Assembly (NCBI GenBank): GCA_001724265.1
Contig: MEDY01000248.1
Coordinates: forward strand, 1-55,930
Length of the DNA: 55,930 bases
Direction: 5' to 3'
Source: Rhizaria sp. SCN 62-66
Lineage: Eukaryota
Below, in pieces: positions 10,135 through 21,420 of the stretch. The notes beneath the pieces are model-generated. The model was given only the letters and a program-made list of their open reading frames with translations. It ran no database searches and was not told where the DNA came from. The first letter of the stretch is position 1. Each line of letters begins with the position of its first letter. Made by a program: the position numbers and the translations under genes.

Positions 10135-13100
10135 ATGGCCTCCCGCAACCCTCCCAGCGGCAACACCCCAATGGGTCCCCCCGCTGTGACCCCGCGCTCG
10201 TTCGCGTCGCAGCAGCCGCGCGGCGCCGCGCGCTACGCTGCGCTGGGCTCCACTTCATGTCCTATTGATCTCAACACCCCGCTGCCGTGGGCCAGTCCCG
10301 GCGCGGGCTTCGCAGGCAGCAACAGCAACTTCAACAACAACGGTTACGGCGGCTACGGCAGTGCCGGTTTCAATGGCAGCGGCGGCAATGACGGTCGCGG
10401 CAGCTACAGCGGCGGGCCCGGTGCGGCGTCAGCCCGCTCGAGCGCCACGCCCCGCGGCTACGGCAGCGGCGGCTACGGCAGCGGCGGCGGCAGCGGTGGC
10501 GCAACGCCTGGCAGCGGGCTCCGCGCGCACTACATCGTACGTTCATTGTCTTGCAAAACAACAAACCTGCCTTTTATTTCCTTAATTTCTTGCGATGTCA
10601 CCGCACCACTTTTTTTTCTTCACATCTATCTTGTCTTTGACTAATTGTTTGCGTTTGCGCTTACGTCCGCACCCGCACCCGCACGCACACGCACACGCAC
10701 ACACACACACACACACGCAGGTGGCACTGGTCGAGTTCCGGAGCCGGCAGACGGTGGGGCTGGCGGCCGTGGACGCACTGAGCCCACAGCTGGTGCTCTC
10801 GCAGTTCAGCGACAACTACATGTACACCAACGCGCTCATGATGCTGAGCCGCTTCGACCCCGTGACCGTGCTCATGAGCGACACCGCCGCCGACTCGACG
10901 CTGCTCAAACTCGTCCAGACTGAGGTACGCACTGCATATAATGGCGCGTATATGTTCTGTAATTATTACAGTTCCTGCTGAAATTTTGTTTTCTTTGGTA
11001 TCCCAATCAATCTGACTCCTAAATCTCACAAAATCCTGCGTAACACATCGCACACTCAACTCTGCATTACCCTGAACTGCTTTATCACACCGCGCCCACC
11101 ACAGTTCCCCGGCGCGCAGGTGCACCAGATCAAGCGCAAGTTCTTCAACGAGTCGGCCGGGCTCGACTACATCGAGCGCCTCTGCGCCAAGGAGGCGCTC
11201 GCACAGTGGCGCTTAGACGCGTCTAAGTATCTCGTACGTCGCGCCTGCGCTCTATAACTTAAACATATCACATTATTTGTTGTTAATATATACTTTTGTC
11301 TTTGACACATGTATTTTTCTGTATCAACAAAAACTACATTCACACATCAAAATGCTCACACGAATCGCACCTATAATAACCGCTCTCCACTGTGCGTTCA
11401 CAGTGCCTCGCGGCGTGCGCGTGCGTGCTCAACTTTGTCGAGTTCCAACGCCACATGTCCTGGGCTCCCGGCGCGCTGCAGGTCTCTTTTGCGGGGCTGG
11501 AGGGCTTTATGCGCGTCGACGCCGCCGCCGCGGCCGCGCTGGAGCTGGTGGCGCCGCTGCAGCCGCGCGCGACGTGGCTCAGCCCGCACCACGCCGCCGA
11601 CGCCGACGGCGGCCACGGCAGCTTCAGCCAGTACGGCAACAGCGGCAACGGCGGCGTCGGCAGCAACAGCAGCGGTCTCAGGGGCAGCAGCGGTAGCGGC
11701 AGCGGCATGGGGTGGCACACTCACAGTCACCACGCCGGCAGCGGCGCCGCGGGCGCCTCGGCCGCGGTGCGGCTGCCCCAGTCGCTGTTCCACGTGCTGA
11801 ACCACACCAAGACGCGCTCCGGTGCCCGGCTGCTGCGCGCGAGCCTGCTGCAACCGTTGTCGGACCCGGCGACAATTGCGCTGCGGCTGGACACGGTCGC
11901 CGCGCTGCTGGCCGACGAGACGCGCTACTTCCGCCTGCGCGCGGCGCTGCCGCGCCTGGGCGCGCTGGAGGCGCTGTGCGGCGCGCTGGGCCAGGTGCCG
12001 CGCGCGCCGTCGCTGCAGACGGCGACGCAGCAGCTCGCGCAGCTGGGGCAGCTCCGCGCCGTGCTCGCCGCGCTCCCAGAGCTGCACGCAGTCTGCAGCA
12101 TGGACAATGCTAATAGCAGCGGCAATCGCAGCAACAACAGCAACAGTGAGGGTAACACTCGTCATGCTGCTCGGGGCAACAATAACCGCGATGACGATGA
12201 TGGTGACGATGGCAACGAAGACATTGCTCGTGGCAACAGCGGCGGCAGCGCATTGCTGTTCGAGACGATCGGCGCGACGCTGAGCGCGCCCCACGCGGCT
12301 TATCTTTTGTCGCGCCTCGACGCCGTGCTCGACCCGGAGATCACGCTCGCACGGCGACAGGTAAGTGCTCCACTGTAGACTGTGTTAAGACACATGTATC
12401 TTAATTCTATGCGTTCTTATGTTTATTGCTTTGATTTTCAGACAAAAATAATTTGATTTGAATGATATATCTTCATTTTATCAAAATCTCACGCTTTTGT
12501 CACTCGCTTTGCTGCTAAACTCTTTACTCTTACCACTGGCAGGCCGAGCAAGCGCGCGCCCAGCTGGTTTTTTCGGTTCGCGCGGGCGCCTCTGCGCTAC
12601 TGGACGTGGCGCGCGAGACGTACTCTGAGGCGGTCGAGGCCCTGCACGCGGAGGCCGCGCGCGCGATTGACGCGTACGCGCTGCACGGCGCGCGGCTCGT
12701 CTACTCGCCCGCGCGCGGGTACCATCTCTCGGTCCCGGCGGCGCTGCTGCCGCCTGCGGCGCACGCGGCGGCGCTCGTGCAGCGCGTGTACCGCGGCGCG
12801 CGCGTGGGCTGCGCGACGCGCGAGCTGCAGTCGCTCGACGCGCGCCAGCAGGAGGCCTTCAAGGACACGTGCTTCTTCGCCGCGCGCACCGTCGCCGAGC
12901 TGCTGGCCGAGGTGCGCGCGCACCTGCCGTGGCTGTGCTCCGTGGCCGAGAGCGTCGCGCTGCTGGACCTGCTGGCCGCCTTTGCGACGCACGTCACGCG
13001 CGCCTCGGCGCCCGGTGCGGGCTTCGTGCGGCCGCGGCTCACGCGCGGCGGCGCCACGGTCATCCGCGCAGGCCGCCACCCCGTGCTCAGCGTCACGCGC

Positions 13101-14429
13101 TCCACTGGGGCCACTAGCGGGGGCAGCACCGCAGCGGGGGGCGTGGTGACGAACGACTTGTTCCTGACAGACGCGTCGAGCGCGCTTATTGTGACGGGCC
13201 CCAACAACGCCGGCAAGAGCACCTACCTGCGCCAGACGGCGCTGCTGGTGCTGCTCGCGCACGTCGGTTGCTTCGTCCCCGCCGCTTTCGCCTCGATCCC
13301 GCTCACCGACCAGCTCCTCACCTGCTTCGGCGCCGCGGGGCTTTCCACCGGCGCCGGCGCCACCGGCGCGGGCGCGGGCGGCGGTGGTGGTGGCGCTGCT
13401 GGCGGCGGCGGCGGGTCCGGAAGCTCGTTCTTCGGGGAAATGCGGGACGCGGGGCGCGTGGTGGCCGCCGCGCGCGCGGGCTCGCTGGTGTTGCTGGACG
13501 AGGTTGGCAAGGCGACGGCCAGCGGCGACGGCGCGGCGCTGGCCTGGGCCCTGGTCGAAGCGCTGCGCGGCCGCTGCAGGGTGCTCTGCGCGACGCACTT
13601 TGCGGAGCTCACGCTGCTGCCCAGGCTCTACAAACAGGTCAAGAACGTCTGTCTCGACGTTACGGCCACGGTCGCTGCGCCCACGCCTGCGCCTGTGACC
13701 GTGAACAGCAGCAGCAACAGCAGCAAGTACGGCCGCCGTAACGATGACGATGATGAAAAACACGATAACGGTCACAACACTCACAGCGACACTGCCAGTC
13801 ACAACGACAACGACGACAAAGACGACGGCGACGACAGGGTCGCGGCAAGCGACCTGGCGGCGCTGTCGTCGCTGCAGTTCAGCTTCAAGGTCTGCATGGG
13901 TGCCAGCGGCGAGCGCGCCGGCCGCGGCAGCCCCCTCGGGGGTCATGGCGGCAGCGGCGGCGGCGGCGGCGGCAGTGGCGGCGGCTACGGGCTGGCAATT
14001 GCGGCGGCGGCTGCGTACCCGCCCGCGCTGCTGCGGGACGCGCGCACGCTCGCGGCGGGGCTGCGCAGCGATGCCGCCGCCTCGGCCGCCGCGCTGCCCG
14101 CGCGCGCGCGCCGCGTGCTGGCGCTGCACGCGCTGCTGGGTCGTCTGCTTGCCGTACACCGGCTTGGCGCGCAGCAGGGGCGAGAGCAGAGGCAGGGCCT
14201 GCTGACGGCTGAGGCGCGTGCGCTCCTGGCAGACGCGTCGCTGGCCTTCGCGGGCGACGTCGGCGCTGACGCTGAGGCTGATGCCGACGCTGAGGCCGAC
14301 GCTAAGGCTGGCGCGGCGAAGGCCAGCGCGGGGGCTGAAAGCAATGCAGAGGCGGCTGCAGGAAACGCAGGCGCAAGTGCGAGTGCGAGCTTAAGTGAGG
14401 CAAGCGCGGCTGCTGCTGGGCAGGTGTGA
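10135..14429 (+). CDS. MSH4: Meiosis-specific MutS homolog 4 (1192 aa), 5 exons
   Basis: Exons 10135-10536, 10721-10924, 11105-11233, 11404-12360, 12543-14429, with four phase-0 GT-AG introns. MSH4-type segments VGLAAVD..PQLVLSQFSDN, KRKFFNESAGLDYIERLC, SKYLCLAA, SLFHVLNHTKTRSGARLLRASLLQP, LLDVARETY, GRHP, Walker A TGPNNAGKSTYL, Walker B LVLLDE, CATHF. No MutS domain I mismatch motif seen. Ends TGA. Confidence 0.92.
10669..10717 (+). repeat. Compound microsatellite (CGCACC/CGCACA then CA repeats) at the 3' end of MSH4 intron 1
   Basis: gcacccgcacccgcacgcacacgcacacgcacacacacacacacacacg directly before the cag acceptor. Confidence 0.8.
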
Positions 14430-15057
14430 AGTGCGATTGTGACATAACAGAGGATTTATGTACAATGTATGGCAATGAAAAATCTACCTTATACTTGAGA
14501 TAACTTAACATAGTAAAATAAAGAACTAATTGTGCATTATACGTTAGATTTGTTGAACGTTGTTAGGTGATCGAGTACGGCGCGCGTGACCGTGTTGGGC
14601 GTGACCATGGCGACGAAAATGGAGATGCGCATGCGAGTTCTATTTTGAAGCGGTCGATATATGCGCTCTCTGATCGTCAACGGACGTATTGATTGACTTA
14701 ATAGTTTCACTCGAGTGTTCAATTCTAAATCTTATTTCATACTTCGAATGGCTTTGTTTGTAAACCTAGGCCGCGTGTGGAAAGTGGAGCATGCTCGACT
14801 CCAAACTATCTACGAGACGTACGCTAGATAAGTCTCTGTGTGATCACCACTTACCTTGCCTATGTGCATTTACTTTTTTGTCGGATTTGTTGCATTATAG
14901 ATATCCTTCTTTGCTGTTTTACTCTTTAGAACACCAATCTCAGCCATCTGGCAACGTCGCGCACTCACGAACCACAACGGTCTCTTTCTCACTTTCTCTC
15001 GTGCAGTATCTGTACAGTATCGTGCGCCTATCGCTGCATTTAATTCAGGCCTGACTT

Positions 15058-17466
15058 ATGCAGCCATTGCCCCAGGACGACGACGACCCGCCTTCGTGGC
15101 CGTCTGTCCCGCAGGCCTCTTGTCCTTATTCAGCCTCTGACAGAACTAACACAGTCGGAGTCTCGCAAGCCCTGAATACCAATGCGACCGGGTCCGGAGA
15201 ATCCAGCGCGGCCAAGCCCATGTCGCCCCTGAAGGCGCTGCTGCTTGTCCCGCTGCAACGCCTGCTGGCGTCGCGGCACTTGCTGATTGTTGCCGTTTTT
15301 GCCGTCGTCTCCGCCTCGATTATCCTCAGCCCCGGCTCCAGCGGCACTGCCACTGCCACCGCGACTGCAACTGTGGCGGATACTGAGAACGGTGGGCAGC
15401 GCGTGTACGTGCGCACCTACGCCGCGATTCCCTTTCCGCTTGCAGCCGCAGCAGACGACAAAGTGGCCGACTCCGGCTCCGGCTCTGGCTCCGACTCTAG
15501 CGCGAACGCTGCTGCCGTCACAGTGCCGCCGCCGCTGCCGCCGCCGCGCTTCGGCCCCTCACCCCGGATGACGGCAACGAAGGCGGCGACAAAAACAGGG
15601 ACAGGTCTCGATACTGCTGAAACCGCTGCGCTAGCCGCCGCGCTTGCCGCCGCGGCCGCGCCAGGGCCCCTCGCTGCTGCACAGCCACAGCCACCTTCGC
15701 AGTCAAAAGCACAGCCACAGCCACCTTCAGCGACTGCGACGGCGACTGAGACTGAGACGGAGACTGCGACTGAGCCCGAGCTTGCACCGGTGACTGTGGC
15801 CGATCTGTCTCTGCCCGGGTGGGCTTGGCGGGCCTCCCCTTGGGACCCCGCAGTCGTGGCCGCCCACAAGCAGTAGCAGCAGAGCGATGGGCGTATGCTC
15901 ATCGTAGTTCCCTTCTACGACACATTGAACGGCAACGTGTTTAACGCAGCCAGCAGCAGCAGCGAGTTCGTCGCGTCGCGGCCGCAGCGGCTATTGCTGC
16001 AGCTGCTGCACTGCCTCGACCGGCACCTGCGCTCTCTGGGCCGCCAGCCAGGCCGCGACTACGCGGTCCTCGTCGTCGAGCAGCACGCGGCTCCAAGTGT
16101 AAGCGCCTCCTCAGACGGCGCCACGCGCGGGGAGACGCTGGCGTTTGCACCCGGCCAGCTACTCAACGCGGGCGCATGGTTGGCGCGGGACTGGGGCTAC
16201 AGCTACATCGTGGCGCACGACCTCGACCTCTGCCCCCTCCCAGTCCCAGTTGCAAGCGCAAGCGCAGTCGGCGCTAGCAGTGGCGGTAACAGCGATAGCT
16301 TTTCTGCCAGTGTCAGCGTCGGTGCGAGTGCGAGCGAGATCAACGACTACCGGCTGCGCGCCGACGGCCTGCCGCTGCTCCTGGCCTCCGCGGTGCGCAA
16401 CAGCAACGGCGACGGCACCGGAGACAGCGATAACCTCGACGACGCTGGCACCTATCGCGAGAGCGGCCACGGGCTCGGCGGCGTGTTTGCGGTGTCTCTC
16501 GCGCACTTCTTCCATATCAACGGGCTCCCCAACTTGCACTACCTGCCCTTCGCCCCAGGAAACACCCTCGCTCTCCGAGACAGTCCTAGCCGCCGCGACA
16601 GCGGCGACTGGGACTGGGCCGGCGGCGGCGTGACGCTGCCGGGCGCCGAGGCCGAGGCCGTGCTGCTACGGTCGCGTTTGCAGCGGGCCGTGGGTGTGCG
16701 CCGACTCGGCTCCCGGGAGGGCCGCTACGCCAGACTCGCTGCGGGGCTCAGCGGCGAGGAGGCGCGGCAGCTGCGGCGCCAGCAGCAGGCACGCTTCGGT
16801 GGCAGCCAAAGCCACAGCGACGGCGACCGCGACAGCGCCGGTGTTGGCAGTGGGAGTGCGAGCGCTGTTCGTGCTGATGGAGGTGTGCTGGCGTTCAACA
16901 GCAGGCGCAGGCTCATTGCGCACCTTTTTGGCTACGAACTCGACGCCAGCAGCGACTATCCCCCACGTAACAAGACGAACGCGAATTCCACGGACACCGA
17001 TACAAAGACCGACACGACTGCGCCGACCGTAGTCCCGTCGTGGTTTGCCGCAGACGGGGCCGCCGAGCTCAACGCGACCGTGCTGGCGTACGCGCCGCTG
17101 CCCGCGCTGGGGCCGGTGCACTGGGTGACGATGGGCGCCGACTCGCTGCGCTACCGGCCGGGCCCCGACGGCGTGGAGCCGCGCTCGCTGCAGCGCGCGC
17201 GGCTGCTAAATGGGCTGCCGCCGCTCGCGGCGCTGGGGCTGGGGCTCGACGCGCTCGGCCGCGCGCGCCTCAGGCCGCCGCCGCACGCGCCGACTGCGGG
17301 CGCCAGTGCACAGGAGAGCGCAGAGAGAACGGAGGGAATGAGCGCTGAGGGCGGGCTAGGCCGCGGCGCGCTGGACGCGATGCGGGCCTTCGTGCGGCAG
17401 GAGCGGGCGCTGCACCGGGCGCGGGGCACGCGCGTGCACCCCCGGGAGCTCGCGCTCTGGGTCTGA
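15058..17466 (+). CDS. GT7 family (beta-1,4-galactosyltransferase-like) type II membrane protein, paralog A (802 aa), one in-frame TAG; acceptor-side motif degenerate
   Basis: ORFs 15058-15876 and 15895-17466 are in the same frame, separated by TAG at 15874-15876. N-terminal TM (HLLIVAVFAVVSASIILS), then IVVPFYD, DYAVLVVEQ, FAPGQLLNAG, AHDLD, GGVF..F.HINGLPN. Colinear with the uninterrupted paralog downstream. Ends TGA. Confidence 0.8.
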
Positions 17467-18479
17467 GGCGGGCCTGAGGCCGCGCGCGGCGCAGGCAGAG
17501 ACTGAGCTGACGAGATTGGAGACGCCTGTGACTCTTTGCCAATGTCCTCAAATTGGTTAATTTTGTTTCAAGATTTGATTTATTTCGTGAATTAAAAAAA
17601 TGTTTTTTTGTTATCTGCGTGTGTTACAAACGCGCGTGTCTTGTTTCTGTGTTCAATGTGCTGTTCCATTTGTTTCGTTTTAGTTACGCTTCCGCTGTAC
17701 CGCGGTAGAAACCGTCGAGGAATGCACCTGCATATGTTTCTCGCACGACTATTGTGTGATATTATTCGTTTAAAGTACCTGAATACATACGACGTGCTAT
17801 TTTTGTTTTTCATAGAGCTAGATACGATTGCAAAGTGCGTGACATTGTGACCTGGTGAGTATTGGCCAGGCCAAGTGTGAAAACGCGAACGAGCACGCGG
17901 TTTAGGGGAGAGTGCTGTAGGAGATGCACAACAGCGCAAAGTCCGTTAATTGAATTGTTCTCCACCGATGATATGTAACTATGCTATGACTATAAGCTCT
18001 GCAAATAATATATCCAGAATATACGCTTCGCGTCTTCTGTGGGCCTTCTTCGTGAAGCTGCCAGCTGAACCCCTTCCTGAAGTTTGCCGCATTTTACTCT
18101 CGGTCATCTGGCACGCTTCATCGCCGCAAGTTGGATCGATAGTTTCAAACTGCATATAATTTGTGTGTTTTTCTTCTATACTTTTCCAATATCATCAGAA
18201 TTCCTGATTTGGCCCTTCGTCCTGACGCATTTCGTGCCGCCAGCTCTAACGGCATTCGAAAGTACAGCAAACTGACCGTACAGTTATCCCCACTGACTCG
18301 CCGAAAACTGCTTCGCTCATCACGCTTCCTGTGTCACTCGCCTATTCGCAGCTTGCTTTTTTCTTATTTTTTCCCCGCACTGCCAATCACTCGGCCGCAC
18401 ACCCTCGAGACCTCCCCCACCTACACACACATCTGAGGTGGCAGCCCGCAACGCCACCCAGCACTCCCGACAGCAGCTG

Positions 18480-20471
18480 ATGTCTCTTAGCCCGCACCCG
18501 CTGGTCGCAGCGCTGCTGGCCCGGCGCCACGTGCTTGCCGTCCTGGCCTGCGCCGCCGTCCTCGCCCTCGCGATGCTGCTCTCCACTACGGGGAGCGCCA
18601 GAGTGGGCTCAGCCGCGGCGGTGAGCACGGGCAGCATCGGCGACGCAGACAGTGCGGCGTCCCCGTTCTCGACCGCAGCGCCCCCTTCCCCGTCGTCGTC
18701 GCTCTCGTCGTCCTCGTCTGCGGGCGCGTCGTCGTCTCCGAGAGGCCGCGTCTCCGCCGCGCGCGCGCGCGCCCAGTACCGCGCGCTGCAGCCGCCCGCG
18801 CGCGCGCCGGCGCTGCCGTCGCCGCGCTTCACGCTGAGCGGCGAGCTGCAGCGGGGCGCGCTGTCGTTCTCGGAGCGCGACGAGGCCGTCGCCGCGCTCT
18901 CGCTCGCCGCCGTTCCGCAGCGCCCGCTCAGGCCCCCGCGCCCCGCGGGCGGACCCGCCACCAAGCCTGCGCTCTCGCAGGCGCAGGCCAGGCTCAAGTC
19001 CAAGACGCAGAAGCAGCAGCGGCAGCAGCAGCAAGCTGAAGTCGACGCGGAGCTGACGCTGGATGACCTGTCGCTGCCCGCGTGGAGCGCGCGCTTTTCC
19101 CCGCTGCGCCCCGACGTGCTGGACGTCCACGCGCGCCTCCAGCCCGAGGGCGGCGGCGGCAGCGGCAAGATGCTGGTAGTGGTCCCGTTCCGCGAAAGCC
19201 TGCTGCCCGCGGAGAGCGCGGACCCCGCGACGGGCCGGCGCATCCGGCGGCGCGGCGCGCGCGGCGAGCAGCTGCTGCAGCTGCTGGCGCGGCTCGACGC
19301 GCACCTGCGCGCGGCGGGCAAGCAGCCGGGCCGCGACTACGCCGTGCTCGTGGTCGAGCAGGGCCGCGACCGCGCCGCCGACCTCAGCGGCCACAGCAGC
19401 GGCCACGGCGGCGGCTACGGCAGCGAGAGCGAAGGTGAGGACGGTGGCGAGAGCGCGGCCGCGTTCAACAAGGCGCAGCTGATCAACGCGGGCGCGCGGC
19501 TGGCGCGCGAGTGGGGCTACGGGTACATCGTGGCGCACGACGTGGACGTGTACCCCACGAGTCCGCAGAACACGTACGACCTGCCGCCCGACGGGCTCCC
19601 GCTCCACATGGCCTCCGCCATCGCGCGCCACCACGACGACGGCGACGACACCGGTGACGGGAACGACGGCGACAGCCACAGCGACGGTAATGAGAGCAGC
19701 AATCGCAAGCGCGCCGCCAAGGCCGCCGCCGCCGCCGACGACGCCGACTACGAGGCCAGCTGGCTGACGGGCGCAGGCGACAGCGACGGCGACGCGGCGC
19801 ACGCCGACGACGGCGTGGCGGCCGACGCGCGCGGCATGGCGCTGGGCGGCGTCTGGGCCGCCTCGCTGCAGCACTTCTTCGCCGTCAACGGGCTACCCAA
19901 CGCACTGTGGGGCCGCGGCGGCGCCGAGGACGCGGCGCGGCTCGCCTTCCACCGCACCACGGGCTTTCGCCGGCTCAACGCCACGGCGGGCAGGTACCGG
20001 CGTCTGCCGCGCGTGCGCGACGAGGCCTCCGCGGGCGCCGCGGGCGCGCTGCTCGCGGCCAACAACCGGCGGCGCTTGGCGGCCGACGCGCTGGACCTGT
20101 CGGTCGACGGCACGGCGGCGCTGCGGCGTGCGCCCGACGGGGCCGCCGAGCTCAACGCGACGGTGACGGCCTACGCGCCGCTGCCAGCGCTGGGACCGGT
20201 GCATTGGGTGACGGTGCGGCTGGAGCCCGCGCGCTACCGGCCGGGGCCCGACGGCGTAGAGCCGCGCTCGCTGCAGCGCGCGCGGCTCGAGGGCGCGCTG
20301 CCGCCGCTTGCGGCGCTAGGCCTGGACGAGCTGGGCCGCGTCAGGCTCGAGCGCCCGCTCACGCGGTCGGACCTCGCCTGGCTCGAGCGGCTGCGCGCCT
20401 TCGAGCTCTGGTTCCACCGCTCGCGCGCCACCACGCTCTACCCTGCCAACTCGCTCTGGAACTCGGCCTGA
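18480..20471 (+). CDS. GT7 family (beta-1,4-galactosyltransferase-like) type II membrane protein, paralog B (663 aa)
   Basis: N-terminal TM (HVLAVLACAAVLALAMLLS), VVVPFR, YAVLVVEQ, FNKAQLINAG, AHDVD (DxD), GGVW..FFAVNGLPNALWGRGGAED. First ATG 18480; ends TGA. Confidence 0.85.
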   Translation: MSLSPHPLVAALLARRHVLAVLACAAVLALAMLLSTTGSARVGSAAAVSTGSIGDADSAASPFSTAAPPSPSSSLSSSSSAGASSSPRGRVSAARARAQYRALQPPARAPALPSPRFTLSGELQRGALSFSERDEAVAALSLAAVPQRPLRPPRPAGGPATKPALSQAQARLKSKTQKQQRQQQQAEVDAELTLDDLSLPAWSARFSPLRPDVLDVHARLQPEGGGGSGKMLVVVPFRESLLPAESADPATGRRIRRRGARGEQLLQLLARLDAHLRAAGKQPGRDYAVLVVEQGRDRAADLSGHSSGHGGGYGSESEGEDGGESAAAFNKAQLINAGARLAREWGYGYIVAHDVDVYPTSPQNTYDLPPDGLPLHMASAIARHHDDGDDTGDGNDGDSHSDGNESSNRKRAAKAAAAADDADYEASWLTGAGDSDGDAAHADDGVAADARGMALGGVWAASLQHFFAVNGLPNALWGRGGAEDAARLAFHRTTGFRRLNATAGRYRRLPRVRDEASAGAAGALLAANNRRRLAADALDLSVDGTAALRRAPDGAAELNATVTAYAPLPALGPVHWVTVRLEPARYRPGPDGVEPRSLQRARLEGALPPLAALGLDELGRVRLERPLTRSDLAWLERLRAFELWFHRSRATTLYPANSLWNSA

Positions 20472-21008
20472 GCGAGTGCGTGCGTGCGTGCGTACGTGCG
20501 TGGCGAGCATGATATGTTACGGCTCGTGAGAGCTGTATGTAGATATTATTTGTTGTGTTTGTTCTGTTCCATTTTGTTTTACTTCGCCTTATCTTTGGAA
20601 GAACCCTGGGTTCTTTTGTTTGTTACCGTTACGTGACTTGACGTCTGCTATTATAAATGCGACGACTTGTATTATGGCTGCGGTTCGTTTCGCTAACAAG
20701 AAATACGTATTTGAACTAACAATTATTGCTGCATTTTCTAACGCAGTTTGTGAATCCCCTTCCCAAACACAAGCATCCATGTGTCACAATTGCTTTTATT
20801 TTACCATCACGAGTCATGGTCATACACAACACACATCTTATCAATGCATAACTACTTCTGATGAATGTCCCTATGTAACATGCCATATGCAACCAAAGAG
20901 TAGCGCGAAAAACACGGCAGGGAACAAATGTGGAGCTGATAGTGCTCATGGACGCGCGCAAAAAGGAAGGCACACCGGACGAGAGGTCCGGAAGCGCCTG
21001 AGGAATGC

Positions 21009-21016
21009 AAAAAAAA
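21009..21016 (-). terminator. RNA polymerase III oligo-T terminator of tRNA-Asn
   Basis: A-run on the plus strand (T8 on minus) 2 nt downstream of the tRNA 3' end. Confidence 0.8.
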
Positions 21017-21018
21017 TA

Positions 21019-21092
21019 CGCTTCTGGCTGGGCTCGAACCAGCGACCTTGCGGTTAACAGCCGCACGCTACTACCAACTGAGCCACAGAAGC
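21019..21092 (-). tRNA. trnN-GUU: tRNA-Asn (anticodon GUU), intronless
   Basis: Minus strand GCTTCTG TGGCTCAGTTGGTAGTAGCG TGCGG CTGTTAA CCGCA AGGTC GCTGG TTCGAGC CCAGC CAGAAGC G. Perfect 7-bp acceptor stem, 5-bp anticodon and T stems, A and B boxes. Confidence 0.96.
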
Positions 21093-21420
21093 TGTGACGA
21101 GTTCATACGCCGCGGCTCGAAAGTCAGGTTACACCTAGACTGTAATGTATGACTGTTCCTGCGACGAGTTACAAGGACATCAAGTCTCAAGACGATTTTC
21201 CTACTCGAGCAATCGTCAACCTGGTGATCGAAAACATGATATAACATATATGCTGTCATACATATATTATATTGAAATTTCCACCCAAAAGAAGGACACT
21301 AACACTTGGAAGCACACTGAGAAGAAGATGTTGGCTTCCGCCTGAGATTGCTTCCTCCTAGCTTCAGTCCCCACCCATGGATTACATAATATGACTCTTG
21401 TGAACGGATGATAGCTGAAA

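Noticed and set aside
12376-12378. TAG apparently ending ORF 11392-12378 (also TAG at 50803-50805 ending ORF 50803-51543)
   Set aside because: Both lie inside introns downstream of clear GT donors (12361 and 50836), so they are not genuine TAG terminators.
20620-21066. ORFs of 145 and 116 aa overlapping the tRNA region
   Set aside because: AT-rich intergenic composition unlike the true exons, no motifs, and they overlap the tRNA-Asn gene.
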